A DNA stretch of 25,751 nucleotides from a virus (Duplodnaviria > Caudoviricetes), in the IMG/VR virus record IMGVR_UViG_3300007231_000040, positions 1 to 25,751 of that record; one strand, 5' to 3'. Each line of letters starts with the position of its first letter. Position 1 is the first letter of the stretch. A model generated the notes under the pieces. That model ran no database searches, was not told the origin of the DNA, and worked only from the letters and a program-made list of their open reading frames with translations. Of this stretch, positions 8,379 to 17,290 are shown piece after piece. The position numbers and the translations under genes are program-made.

Positions 8379-9545
8379 ATGGCAAGAAATAGAGTAATTT
8401 ATCAATCAGAAGCACTTTTCGTCAGTAAAGAGTATAACTCAACTGGACTCAGTGATCACACGCAACTTCATCGTGTACAAAGTGCTAATTACGGTTTTAC
8501 AATCAACCGTCAGGACGTTAACCAGTATGGCAACCTCGCCAGAATTGATTCTTTGGTGTTGGAACCACCAACGGTCAACTTCGACATTAGTTATTATGTA
8601 ACTAACGGATACAACGAAAGAGCGTTGGATTTCGCCGTCGAAAACACATTCAATACAACTAAAGCACAATTTGCATCTGGTCACTTAGGTGCAGGTTCTG
8701 GGCAAAACTTCTACATTCTTACTGTAGACGAAGGTAAAGACGCAAACCTCAATAGGGCAGCTGGTGGTACAACCAACACTGTTATTGGTTTGGGCAATTC
8801 ATTCCTTACGGATTACACCCTTGACCTTTCTGTTGGATCTCTCCCAACTGCTACAGCGTCCTTCGAAGCTTCAAACATTCTTTCTGACGCCACTGTATCT
8901 GGAAACCTTGGACTTAAGGCCTTTACTGGTATTAAAAGTCCAGGAGTAGACCCAGTTAATGGAGATTCTATACCATTCGAAGTGCAAATTCCTTATGCAT
9001 CAGGAAACTCACACACTGGAGATTATGTTGCAGACGCCGAAGACCAACTTTCAGCTCTTAGACCTGGAGACATCACACTTGATCTTTCTAGCTTCGATGG
9101 GGAGGTTCTCACAAAGTTAGACGGAACATCAGGCATTCACATTCAGAGCGCTTCTCTCTCTCTTCCTCTTTCAAGAACGCCAATCGAAAGACTTGGATCT
9201 AAGTTCCCATTTGCCCGAGTCGTCGACTTCCCAGTTAACGCTACTCTCACAGTAAACGCTATTGTTAACACAATGGAGGCTCAAAACCTAGCAAGCATGA
9301 TCAGTGGTTGCGGACAAGGTAACCTTAGAGATGTTACCATCACCATGAAAGAGTGTGGAGGAACCACCAATGGAATGATCTTCGGATTGTCTGGATGCAC
9401 AATCGACTCAGAGAGCTTCTCTTCCAGCATTGGCTCAAACAAGAGTGTTGACCTTACATTCTCCACTCAAATTGGCGGAACAAAGGATGTATCAAAAGGA
9501 ATTTTCGTAAGCGGAAACAACGACACCAAGCTTCCTTGGGAATAA
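8379..9545 (+). CDS. Major tail tube protein, copy 1 (388 aa)
   Basis: Follows the terminator gene; Gly/Ser/Thr- and beta-rich; internally duplicated tube-like halves. Confidence 0.75.
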   Translation: MARNRVIYQSEALFVSKEYNSTGLSDHTQLHRVQSANYGFTINRQDVNQYGNLARIDSLVLEPPTVNFDISYYVTNGYNERALDFAVENTFNTTKAQFASGHLGAGSGQNFYILTVDEGKDANLNRAAGGTTNTVIGLGNSFLTDYTLDLSVGSLPTATASFEASNILSDATVSGNLGLKAFTGIKSPGVDPVNGDSIPFEVQIPYASGNSHTGDYVADAEDQLSALRPGDITLDLSSFDGEVLTKLDGTSGIHIQSASLSLPLSRTPIERLGSKFPFARVVDFPVNATLTVNAIVNTMEAQNLASMISGCGQGNLRDVTITMKECGGTTNGMIFGLSGCTIDSESFSSSIGSNKSVDLTFSTQIGGTKDVSKGIFVSGNNDTKLPWE

Positions 9546-9578
9546 TATCAAAAAGTAAACAATAAACATTTTTAAAAC

Positions 9579-10715
9579 ATGTCAAGAAATAGAGTAATTT
9601 ACCAATCAGAGTCTCTTTATACAAGTAAAGAGGTAAACTCCACTGCCACTGGAGATCACCATGAGCTAATCAGGGTTCAAAGCGCAAACTATGGATTCAC
9701 CATTAATAGACAGGACGTTAACCAATACGGCAACCTTGCTCGTATTGATTCGCTTGTTCTAGAACCACCAACTGTAAACTTCGACTTTTCATACTATCTT
9801 ACAGATGGACTCAATGAAAAAGCCTTAGGTTTTGATATATCCAACACCTCTCAGTTCGTTAGCGGGTTTTTGGAAACCTCTAGCGGCAAGAACTTCTACA
9901 TAGTAACTTCAGATGAGGGCCAAGACTCTACAACGTTTGTGGAAAACGAAGAATACAGCCTTATTGGAATTGGTAATGCATTCCTTAGTGATTATACTGT
10001 GGATCTTTCTGTAGGCTCACTTCCTACGGCAACAGTATCCTTTGAAGGTTCAAACATCAACTCTCAAAACGGTTCCGTAACAGGAACAGTTCCTTCAGCT
10101 TTTGCTCTTACTGGAGCTCTTCCTTCTGTCGACCCAGAAGACGGAACCATTATCGCTGGATCAACTAGTATCCAAGTGCCTCAAAACACTGGCCAAGACG
10201 GACCTACAGCATTAAGACCTGGAGATATTGTTCTCGGTTTTGACGGTTTTGACGGAGGCGCTGCAGAATCTGGAACGCTAACATCTCTTGTTGGTGCTGG
10301 AGGATTCCACGTTCAGAGTGCATCTATTTCAGTACCTCTCTCAAGAACACCTATTGAGCGTGTAGGATCAAAATTCCCATTCGCGCGTGTTGTTGACTTC
10401 CCAGTTAACGCCACAATGACTGTAAACGCTGTTCTTAATGAAATCGAAGCTGGAAACCTTGCAGATCTTATCGCTGGTTGTGCTAGCTCAGAGGGCAAAG
10501 AAGTTTCTATCCTACTTAATCAATGTGAAGGCGACAACGCAATCAAATGGACGCTCAAAGGAGCTACCCTTGATTCCGAGAGTTGGTCTTCTAGTGTTGG
10601 TTCTAACAAAACAGTTGACATCACCTTTGGTGTCCAACTTGGAGGAATCGAAGATATCGAAAGAGGTATCATTTGCAGCGGCGCTGGCAATACAAGGCCA
10701 GTATTCGGTGTATAA
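9579..10715 (+). CDS. Major tail tube protein, copy 2 (378 aa)
   Basis: Shares RVQSANYGFTINRQDVNQYGNLARIDSLVLEPPTVNFD and GSKFPFARVVDFPVNAT identically with copy 1. Confidence 0.75.
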   Translation: MSRNRVIYQSESLYTSKEVNSTATGDHHELIRVQSANYGFTINRQDVNQYGNLARIDSLVLEPPTVNFDFSYYLTDGLNEKALGFDISNTSQFVSGFLETSSGKNFYIVTSDEGQDSTTFVENEEYSLIGIGNAFLSDYTVDLSVGSLPTATVSFEGSNINSQNGSVTGTVPSAFALTGALPSVDPEDGTIIAGSTSIQVPQNTGQDGPTALRPGDIVLGFDGFDGGAAESGTLTSLVGAGGFHVQSASISVPLSRTPIERVGSKFPFARVVDFPVNATMTVNAVLNEIEAGNLADLIAGCASSEGKEVSILLNQCEGDNAIKWTLKGATLDSESWSSSVGSNKTVDITFGVQLGGIEDIERGIICSGAGNTRPVFGV

Positions 10716-10747
10716 AACTTTCGCTGTTTGTGTTTGTTATATAAATG

Positions 10748-10778
10748 AAAACCCCGCCTTAGGGCGGGGCTTTCTTTT
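10748..10778. terminator. Intrinsic terminator, probably bidirectional
   Basis: AAAA-CCCCGCC-TTAG-GGCGGGG-CTTTCTTTT between convergent genes. Confidence 0.85.
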
Positions 10779-10812
10779 GTCCAGTTGTTTCTGGCTATGT
10801 TGATTTTTAAAA

Positions 10813-11265
10813 TTAATCAGCAGCTTCTATACCTCCAACCTGTCTAGGCTCGGATTGGTACATGTTGTATTGTGCTACTAACATATCTAGGCTTGCTTTA
10901 GCGTCTCCAGCCATACCGCGAATTACTTTTGCGGTTTCGTTCTTATTAGTGAACGTCACCCTGCTCTCGCCATCGCTTATTGAGGCTATGCTATTTGAAT
11001 CTGTCTCACATGTGCCTATAATGCCACGTAGAGCGTTCCTAGCCTTCTTGGAGTAGTAATTGTATAGATAGAGCTGCTTATACACAGCTTGCGCCTCAGA
11101 GTCCAATTCTTGAGCATCTATGCAGAACGATGTGTTGATCATAGTATTTAACAACCCAAGGTTAGCCTCTAGCCAACACTCTATAGATTGTAAACTATTA
11201 AGTTCCGAGTCATTATCAAACTCGCACTCCATTATTTCCTTAGCAAGGTCTTCTAAAACAGCCAT
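10813..11265 (-). CDS. Putative head-tail adaptor (150 aa)
   Basis: Helical protein two genes after the MCP with SIASISDGESRVTF beta-hairpin typical of SPP1 gp15 / HK97 gp6 adaptors. Confidence 0.6.
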   Translation of the reverse strand: MAVLEDLAKEIMECEFDNDSELNSLQSIECWLEANLGLLNTMINTSFCIDAQELDSEAQAVYKQLYLYNYYSKKARNALRGIIGTCETDSNSIASISDGESRVTFTNKNETAKVIRGMAGDAKASLDMLVAQYNMYQSEPRQVGGIEAAD

Positions 11266-11276
11266 CTTATAAGAGA

Positions 11277-11282
11277 TTACAC
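11277..11282 (-). promoter_or_regulatory. GTGTAA motif upstream of adaptor gene
   Basis: 11 nt before ATG. Confidence 0.65.
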
Positions 11283-11288
11283 TAAGAA

Positions 11289-11831
11289 TTAAATTTCTCC
11301 CAGTATTCTAAGGGTTTCTGCGTGTTTTGGATTATTAGGGTCCAACTGAACTACAGAACTTGCCTCTGGCATGATATTCCTCATGTTATTCTTGTTCGAT
11401 GCATTGAATTCCTTCAACAAACAAGCTTTCAATTCAACTTGATTCATGAATGGATTAATACCCACCTTATAAGCGAGGTCTCTCATGTCGCTATAAGTCA
11501 TACCTTTGATTTTGTTCTCAAAAATATCTGCCTCATTAGTACCAAAAGGGTTAACCTCGTCAACACCAAGGATCTTTTCAAGCTTAGACATTTTTTCCCT
11601 AAACTCTGGAGTGTTTACCTCGTTATTAGCTTTCATCTCATTGATCTCGTCAATAAGGGTTTTCTTTTTTGGCTTTGGCTCCTCAGCAACTTCTTTTTTA
11701 GCTACTGCTTTCTTAGTCTTCTTTGCAGACTTCTTGCTTTTCTTTGAGGCTTTAGGCGTAAGGTCTGCACACTCTTGCGACTTATCTACACCGTAAGATA
11801 CGTCCATTTTCTTTGAGTTTTCTTCTTCCAT
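11289..11831 (-). CDS. Hypothetical protein with Lys-rich tract and HeH/Rho-N-like motif (180 aa)
   Basis: IKGMTYSDMRDLAYKVGINPFMNQVELKACLL resembles helix-extension-helix domains often encoded after MCP genes. Confidence 0.6.
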   Translation of the reverse strand: MEEENSKKMDVSYGVDKSQECADLTPKASKKSKKSAKKTKKAVAKKEVAEEPKPKKKTLIDEINEMKANNEVNTPEFREKMSKLEKILGVDEVNPFGTNEADIFENKIKGMTYSDMRDLAYKVGINPFMNQVELKACLLKEFNASNKNNMRNIMPEASSVVQLDPNNPKHAETLRILGEI

Positions 11832-11860
11832 GATATTATTATACGTTTGTTGTTAAGTAT

Positions 11861-11866
11861 TTACAC
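11861..11866 (-). promoter_or_regulatory. GTGTAA motif directly after the MCP terminator
   Basis: 29 nt before ATG 11831; variant ACGTAT at 11841-11846 is 9 nt before it. Confidence 0.6.
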
Positions 11867-11898
11867 AAAAAAAGGCCACTCCGTTAAGAGTGACCTTT
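11867..11898 (-). terminator. Intrinsic terminator after major capsid gene
   Basis: Minus strand AAAGGTCACTC-TTAACG-GAGTGGCC-TTTTTTT with one G-U pair; followed directly by GTGTAA. Confidence 0.88.
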
Positions 11899-11922
11899 AA
11901 ATTTATTAGTATTTAGTTTTTA

Positions 11923-13056
11923 TTAACCAAGTCCGTTAGCAACGATACCAAGAAGAGCGCGGTTATCAAGAACCATGCGTCCTTCTTCGAGGCCACCAAA
12001 CCAACCGATCTTGTTTTGACGAATGCTGTACTGGTCGTCAGCTGTAAGCTGGAACTCAGAACCATTCTCTTCGTCAACTGCGATTGCCTTAACAAGGGCT
12101 TCGCGTCCACGATCAAGACCAACGAGGATTTCGTCACCTGTGCCAAACTCAGCGTCACCAGTAGTGCCGTCTGCTTTTGCATAGGTAGAAGAACCTGCAA
12201 CAGTGTCAAAGATTGTGTTGAACTTTTGTCCAGCACCAAGCTCGTTAACTTCCATAAGGGAAATACCGTAGAAACTTGGAAGACCACCACCAGCTTGATA
12301 AACTGAATCACGAAGGCTCTCAGGAGCAGCGAGATCGTTACCAGTTGCAGCAGTAGACTTTGTGTTTACTGGGTTGTAAGCCATTTCACGAAGAGCTTTA
12401 ACAGCTTCTGGGGAAACAAGGATGTCGGTAATACCGCGACGTCCACCTTCAGGTGATCCTTTGCTCCAAGAAGTATTAATGCGCTTGGCGCGAGTAAGAA
12501 GCTCGTTGAAGTCGTCAAGAAGGAACGAACCGTCTGTAGCAGCACGGAAAACGTGATCCTTACCGTTAGTGGTAGCACCAGCAAGTGCGCCCATGATCAG
12601 GTTAGCAGAAGTACGCTCCTGCTTCATAAGGATTTCTTGAGCCATACGAGTGAATGTTTTGCTTACAACGTCCATGCGGCTCTTGGCAGCATAACGACGA
12701 TCAAAGCTAACAGCAGTATCTAGGCTGTAAGTAGCAATCTTCAGCTCAGAAACTGTAGGAACAACTTGGTTCTGTGGAAGGCCACCAGCAACAGTGTTGC
12801 TGTATACCTGCACGTAGTCCTCGTCGCTTACGTCATAGTAAAGGTCAAGAGGAATAGAAGGGTTGTCTTCAGAGTTGAATTGAAGAGAAGTGAATAGGTT
12901 ACTAAGCACTGGTGCGTTGTTGATGACTTCAGCGATAACTGGACCGATGAATTCAGCAAGTGCAACTTGAGCTTCGTAAGCAACCGAGCGGTTCTTAGAA
13001 GCCATAGCTTTAATAAGCTCGATTTGTTCTGGTGTTCTTTTAAGAGAAATTTTCAT
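11923..13056 (-). CDS. Major capsid protein, probable HK97 fold (377 aa)
   Basis: Follows protease-scaffold and decoration genes, precedes a terminator; ILVSPEAVKAL...SFYGISL and C-terminal GRMVLDNRAL patterns fit HK97-fold MCPs. Confidence 0.88.
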   Translation of the reverse strand: MKISLKRTPEQIELIKAMASKNRSVAYEAQVALAEFIGPVIAEVINNAPVLSNLFTSLQFNSEDNPSIPLDLYYDVSDEDYVQVYSNTVAGGLPQNQVVPTVSELKIATYSLDTAVSFDRRYAAKSRMDVVSKTFTRMAQEILMKQERTSANLIMGALAGATTNGKDHVFRAATDGSFLLDDFNELLTRAKRINTSWSKGSPEGGRRGITDILVSPEAVKALREMAYNPVNTKSTAATGNDLAAPESLRDSVYQAGGGLPSFYGISLMEVNELGAGQKFNTIFDTVAGSSTYAKADGTTGDAEFGTGDEILVGLDRGREALVKAIAVDEENGSEFQLTADDQYSIRQNKIGWFGGLEEGRMVLDNRALLGIVANGLG

Positions 13057-13086
13057 ATTTATATATATTCTAGTTAATTGTTAAGA

Positions 13087-13695
13087 TTACAGACCAAGAG
13101 CGATAACAGCATAATTGCCTTCCCAAGCATCAGTAACGGTGCCGCTTGAACGGCTACCAGTACCAATGACAGTACCAACTTTGTCAGCTGAGTTTGCTGC
13201 GCAAGCAATAACCTTGCCGCTTTCAGCCGCGCTGAGTTGAACTCCGCCTCCAACGACAAGTGCACCGCTGTAGCCCTCTGCAGTAAGAGTAAATACTCCG
13301 CGAGTGGCGACAGGGACAGCCTGACCTGGCATAACAGCAAAAAGCTCTTCAGCTTTTACTGGATTGTAAAGAAGCTTCTCACCGTTCTCGTCAGCCTTAG
13401 CGGTCTGGCGAAGAGTAAGACCAAGACATGCATCACCGCTAATAGCAGGAGTGCACTCAAGGTTTACCTTTGGGTATTGAGCTTTGATGAAAGGATAATC
13501 TGTCTTACCGAGGTAAGAGTCATCCGAGTAAGAAACTGGATCCTTATCAAAATCTCCAGCGGAGACTTTAACAAAAACACCAGCATCACCAGCACCTGTG
13601 TCTGTAGTAGACGCATTAGCACTAGCACCGTCAAGAGCGAAAAGATTGATTACATCGTTTTCGTCATATTGTCTGAATGGTAGAATTCTGAGCAT
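13087..13695 (-). CDS. Putative capsid decoration / cement protein (202 aa)
   Basis: Gly/Ala-rich, between scaffold and MCP; PGQAVPVATRG resembles beta-tulip decoration proteins. Confidence 0.65.
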   Translation of the reverse strand: MLRILPFRQYDENDVINLFALDGASANASTTDTGAGDAGVFVKVSAGDFDKDPVSYSDDSYLGKTDYPFIKAQYPKVNLECTPAISGDACLGLTLRQTAKADENGEKLLYNPVKAEELFAVMPGQAVPVATRGVFTLTAEGYSGALVVGGGVQLSAAESGKVIACAANSADKVGTVIGTGSRSSGTVTDAWEGNYAVIALGL

Positions 13696-13718
13696 AATTT
13701 TGTTTTTTGTTTAGATTT

Positions 13719-14408
13719 TTAAGAAATTTCAATGTTACTGCGATCAAAAGCGGAGGCGAACTTCTCTTTCAAGGAGGTCTCTTCGCGTGATACAGTTTCG
13801 TTAGAGTTTGCAATTGCAGTTTCGGTAGACTCGACACTGTCGAGGATTTCCTCAGTTGTCTTTTCGACAACCTCTACTGCTTCGTCAGGAGTTTTAGTAA
13901 GTCTCTTTTGGACTTCTTCCTGAATACGTGCTTCAATCTGCTTGTCGAACTCAGCTTTGGCTTCCTTGCTCTTGTGCTTCCAGACAACATCCATTTTGTC
14001 TTGGAAGGAAGCGAAGGCCTCTTCAGTTTCTTCAACAGACTTCAGCTCGGAAGCTAAAAACTCTCTGTCTTCGTCTTCTAGATCAAATTTTTGATCTAGT
14101 ACGTCCATACGCTCGTTAAAACGAGCAACCGCTTCTTCAGCCTTTTGACAGGACTCATATTCAGCGATTTTTGTTTGGGCTTGCTCAAACTTAGACTTTA
14201 ATTCTTCGACTGAAGATTTAAGTTCCGCATGTTCGGTGGCTACAGCCTCTTTTTCTTCTTGTGCTTTAACAAGTTCTGCACGGAAGTGTTCGTCTTTTTC
14301 CTTGATAGCATCAGTAAAGGTGCTGGTCATGGAGGCGATTGCTTCCTGTGAGAACTTCTTGTCGGCAAGAAGATCCTTCAGTTCGTCGATAACTTTTTCA
14401 GTTTCCAT
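13719..14408 (-). CDS. Probable nested in-frame scaffold protein (229 aa, METEKVIDELK...)
   Basis: In-frame ATG at the protease/coiled-coil boundary, 20 nt downstream of the bipartite promoter candidate. Confidence 0.6.
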   Translation of the reverse strand: METEKVIDELKDLLADKKFSQEAIASMTSTFTDAIKEKDEHFRAELVKAQEEKEAVATEHAELKSSVEELKSKFEQAQTKIAEYESCQKAEEAVARFNERMDVLDQKFDLEDEDREFLASELKSVEETEEAFASFQDKMDVVWKHKSKEAKAEFDKQIEARIQEEVQKRLTKTPDEAVEVVEKTTEEILDSVESTETAIANSNETVSREETSLKEKFASAFDRSNIEIS

Positions 14409-15260
14409 AGAATTATTCTTTTTAAGGTTTACATTAGTTTTTTTACTTTGTGAAATATTTTTATCTCTTTTGTCCTTTATAATAACAGGATCTCGCCGCT
14501 CATCCTTCATATAAATGCCTTTGACATCTGCTGCAGGATTAGTTGTGTACCCTATACCTAAAGGATAAATTTTTCCTTTGATGAGTCTATTCACTGACTC
14601 GCCCTTGTCTGTTTTTCCAGATCCACCGTAAGCTTTTAAATAACCTACCATGTCTTCCATTTCGTCTGGGTCTGAAATAATTCTTGATTCATTCAATTTA
14701 TCACTTCCAACTGCCAGAACAAATTCTGAGAAACCAACCTCCCAACTTGTAGATATCATATGATGACACCCTCCGTCTTCGTCTACGGACTTTTCAAGAG
14801 CTTCAGCAAAAGTGCTGTTAGCTGATTTGTAAACAACCGCCCCAAGAGCAATGTTGAATGGTCCTTTAGATTTTCTGGCTTCAGATTCTGAAATTATTTT
14901 ACTAGATCCATAGTCACTCCAACCAGCGGTTGCGATATGTCCTACGATCTTTTCCTTGTCATGCTCGATGTTTGTCGGCTTGTGCAGGAAGTTTTTGGTA
15001 TAAGCGACTGCGGTCTCTGAGTCTATGCCGTCACCATTCTTATTGAATGTATTAACAACGGCGGCATTAAATGCCACACCCATAAGATCTATGTTGCTTT
15101 CGAAGTCAATACCTTTTGGTATTAAGCTTTCTAAATTATGAAGTGAAGCCTCAGAAATAAAAGCATCGTTTATCTCGCATGGAGAAATACTTGCTTCAAA
15201 AGTTGTCGTGTATTTGTAATCCACTTTATTGGCTTTAGATAGGCTCTTCTTGTTTTTCAT
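13719..15260 (-). CDS. Prohead protease fused to coiled-coil scaffold (513 aa; alternative GTG start at 15224)
   Basis: N-half has NKNGD, NIEHD, STSWEVGF and TNPA motifs of HK97-type maturation proteases; C-half is Glu/Lys/Ala-rich coiled coil. Confidence 0.85.
   Translation of the reverse strand: MKNKKSLSKANKVDYKYTTTFEASISPCEINDAFISEASLHNLESLIPKGIDFESNIDLMGVAFNAAVVNTFNKNGDGIDSETAVAYTKNFLHKPTNIEHDKEKIVGHIATAGWSDYGSSKIISESEARKSKGPFNIALGAVVYKSANSTFAEALEKSVDEDGGCHHMISTSWEVGFSEFVLAVGSDKLNESRIISDPDEMEDMVGYLKAYGGSGKTDKGESVNRLIKGKIYPLGIGYTTNPAADVKGIYMKDERRDPVIIKDKRDKNISQSKKTNVNLKKNNSMETEKVIDELKDLLADKKFSQEAIASMTSTFTDAIKEKDEHFRAELVKAQEEKEAVATEHAELKSSVEELKSKFEQAQTKIAEYESCQKAEEAVARFNERMDVLDQKFDLEDEDREFLASELKSVEETEEAFASFQDKMDVVWKHKSKEAKAEFDKQIEARIQEEVQKRLTKTPDEAVEVVEKTTEEILDSVESTETAIANSNETVSREETSLKEKFASAFDRSNIEIS
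14429..14456 (-). promoter_or_regulatory. Internal bipartite promoter candidate ATTTCACAAA-N13-TGTAA for scaffold-decoration-MCP
   Basis: Matches 8330..8357 in both elements and spacing. Confidence 0.65.
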
Positions 15261-17226
15261 TACTGTGATATAGAATTGCTGCTGAATAATTATCTAGTTC
15301 GTGCTTTGCCGCTATTTCTAAAATTTCAGGCAAAACATGCAGGTCTTGAATCTCTTCTAAGTTAGATACACATGAAAGAGCCTTTTGTGTCCATTTTTCA
15401 ACATCTGTGGAACATACTATAGCTTCGCACAAGCTGTCCAACATTTTTTCGTTCTTCTTTGTGAACCTTTTGATGTTTAACTTGTCTTTCATTAAGCCCT
15501 TAATAGAGCCTCTTGCTGCTTCAAGCTCGGCTATTGTTTTTTCTATTTCCTTTCTTGAATAATTTGCTTCTGAGTTAACTTGAGGTGAGCCACTTGTTCC
15601 TTCTGGTCTTCCAGCTTGCCCATTTGGTCCGCTTGGCTCTGAACTTTCAGCTCCTTCGACCATAGGTACGCCGCCAACGATAGGGTTGTAATAACCTTTC
15701 TCTCTCTCTTCTACAAACTTCTCTTGAGACGATGAGATATCATCAACTTTAGGAAACTTGCCAGTGTGGAACATTTCCATACCTTGCTGCGGAGTAATAA
15801 CGCCGAGTTCCATGAGTCTTGTAGCTACTCTCATGAGTTGTGTCTCGTCTCTCATATCAATATCTTTAAATACTGCGGTTGGATAAGATCTAAACCCTAA
15901 TTCAACAGCAACCCGTTTAATTTCTTTTTGTAAGAAGTCTGATAGGAAAGCATTCCTTGCCTCTTTAAGCCTGTCAATAAAGATTTGCGCCTTAACCTGA
16001 GTGGCTCCATACTTCTCTTCTCCAACCACTACGTTTTGCAGTCCTTGCTTGATATCCTCATTTAAAGTCTTGTATTTTTCTGAACCAAGCACCCTGTTAA
16101 GGTCTGGAATCACGAAATCAGCTTTTGTTGTATAATCAGAAACAAGAACACGCCCAACACTTTCATTTTTGAAAAGGTTTTGCATGGCATTTAAGTTTTG
16201 AGCATTAATTCCCCCTTTATCTGGCTCTGCGCCCATTGTGATAAGAAGAATAACATTCTCTACTGTTCTGGTTATAGCTTGATCCATTTTCTTGAGCTCA
16301 AGCTTCGCGTTTATGTCTTCAAGAACGGCGTAACCAAATGGGATAGCAAAAGGTTCGTAATCCTGCTTCTTGTAAAACGAATGAGATATCCTTTCTGGAC
16401 TAAGTTCTATACTAAGTCCGTCTATTCCGTATTGACCGCTCTTGATTTCTTTTTGTACATCTGGCGGCAATGAATCATAAATCTCTTGGTCTTCTTCGGT
16501 AGATGGGTTTTGCAGTCTAGCCATCTCATACTCAGAAAGAACCTTTTGATAGTTTCCAGCCTGAAATGTAGAAGATTTTTTCGCTATGATGTCATAAGGG
16601 TTCAATAAGATATATCTAATTGGTACTTTATTCTTTGCGCCGTTCTTAGGGGCTACTGAATTGATTAGTTTAATGAAATCCTCGGCTTTAAATTTTCCAT
16701 CAAGGCGATACATGAAGATATTACCACTCCTGTAATACTCTCTAAAGTATTGGTCTTTAAGATTGCTAAGGTTAATCTTTTTAAACCACTCTTCGAAGAA
16801 ATCCCTGCTCTTCTTAGTTCCTCCTTCAAGAAATAATTCTGTATTTGCAAATTCTGACATTATGTCCACAGCATTACGGAAAACAGATACGTTTGCGTAA
16901 GCTTTTTGACAAAGCTCTATAGCCTCCCTTACATCAATACCATCTTCTGAATATTTATAAGGCAACAAACCCCTCCTTATGCTGGAGAACCTATCTATAG
17001 TATTGCTTAATGCAGATCTGTTTACCCTGCTTGCTGGTTGTCCTACGTTGGACTTTCTTGAGTAAGAAGCACTAGATGTACTTTTGTAAGATGCAGAGGA
17101 GACATAAAAAGGGTCCCCTACTATATCTGGAGCATACTCTTCCTGACTTGCCACTGGCCCTTGTTGCTGCTGCTCTTCGAACTTTTTCCAGTAGTCCGAT
17201 TTCTTGTTATACTTTCTCTTCGCCAT
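15235..17226 (-). CDS. Portal protein (663 aa)
   Basis: Between TerL and protease; AYANVSVFRNAVDIMSEFA and FREYYRSGNIFMY are portal-like; low-complexity linker and C-terminal extension. Confidence 0.85.
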   Translation of the reverse strand: MAKRKYNKKSDYWKKFEEQQQQGPVASQEEYAPDIVGDPFYVSSASYKSTSSASYSRKSNVGQPASRVNRSALSNTIDRFSSIRRGLLPYKYSEDGIDVREAIELCQKAYANVSVFRNAVDIMSEFANTELFLEGGTKKSRDFFEEWFKKINLSNLKDQYFREYYRSGNIFMYRLDGKFKAEDFIKLINSVAPKNGAKNKVPIRYILLNPYDIIAKKSSTFQAGNYQKVLSEYEMARLQNPSTEEDQEIYDSLPPDVQKEIKSGQYGIDGLSIELSPERISHSFYKKQDYEPFAIPFGYAVLEDINAKLELKKMDQAITRTVENVILLITMGAEPDKGGINAQNLNAMQNLFKNESVGRVLVSDYTTKADFVIPDLNRVLGSEKYKTLNEDIKQGLQNVVVGEEKYGATQVKAQIFIDRLKEARNAFLSDFLQKEIKRVAVELGFRSYPTAVFKDIDMRDETQLMRVATRLMELGVITPQQGMEMFHTGKFPKVDDISSSQEKFVEEREKGYYNPIVGGVPMVEGAESSEPSGPNGQAGRPEGTSGSPQVNSEANYSRKEIEKTIAELEAARGSIKGLMKDKLNIKRFTKKNEKMLDSLCEAIVCSTDVEKWTQKALSCVSNLEEIQDLHVLPEILEIAAKHELDNYSAAILYHSNEKQEEPI

Positions 17227-17234
17227 AACCTATT

Positions 17235-17240
17235 ATACAC
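17235..17240 (-). promoter_or_regulatory. GTGTAT motif upstream of portal gene
   Basis: 8 nt before ATG. Confidence 0.65.
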
Positions 17241-17250
17241 CCAAAAGTCG

Positions 17251-17290
17251 AAAGTTTAACTTTAACTTTCAAAAGTTTGACTTTAACTTT
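17251..17290. repeat. Two 19-bp direct repeats AAAGTTT(A/G)ACTTTAACTTT, 21-bp period
   Basis: Copies at 17251-17269 and 17272-17290 with one mismatch. Confidence 0.8.

Noticed and set aside
10708-10715. GTGTATAA at the end of tube gene 2
   Set aside because: Explained by Gly-Val-stop codons and points into a terminator; similar coding-region hits (e.g. near 8197 and 21784) treated as background.
8379-10715. Contractile tail or extracellular injection system (two tube genes)
   Set aside because: No sheath or baseplate wedge genes, and a full head and packaging module is present.
11322-14514. Antisense and out-of-frame ORFs over head genes
   Set aside because: Nested in well-supported genes with no motifs or initiation signals.
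17251-17290. CRISPR mini-array
   Set aside because: Repeats are 19 bp with a 2-bp gap and no spacers.
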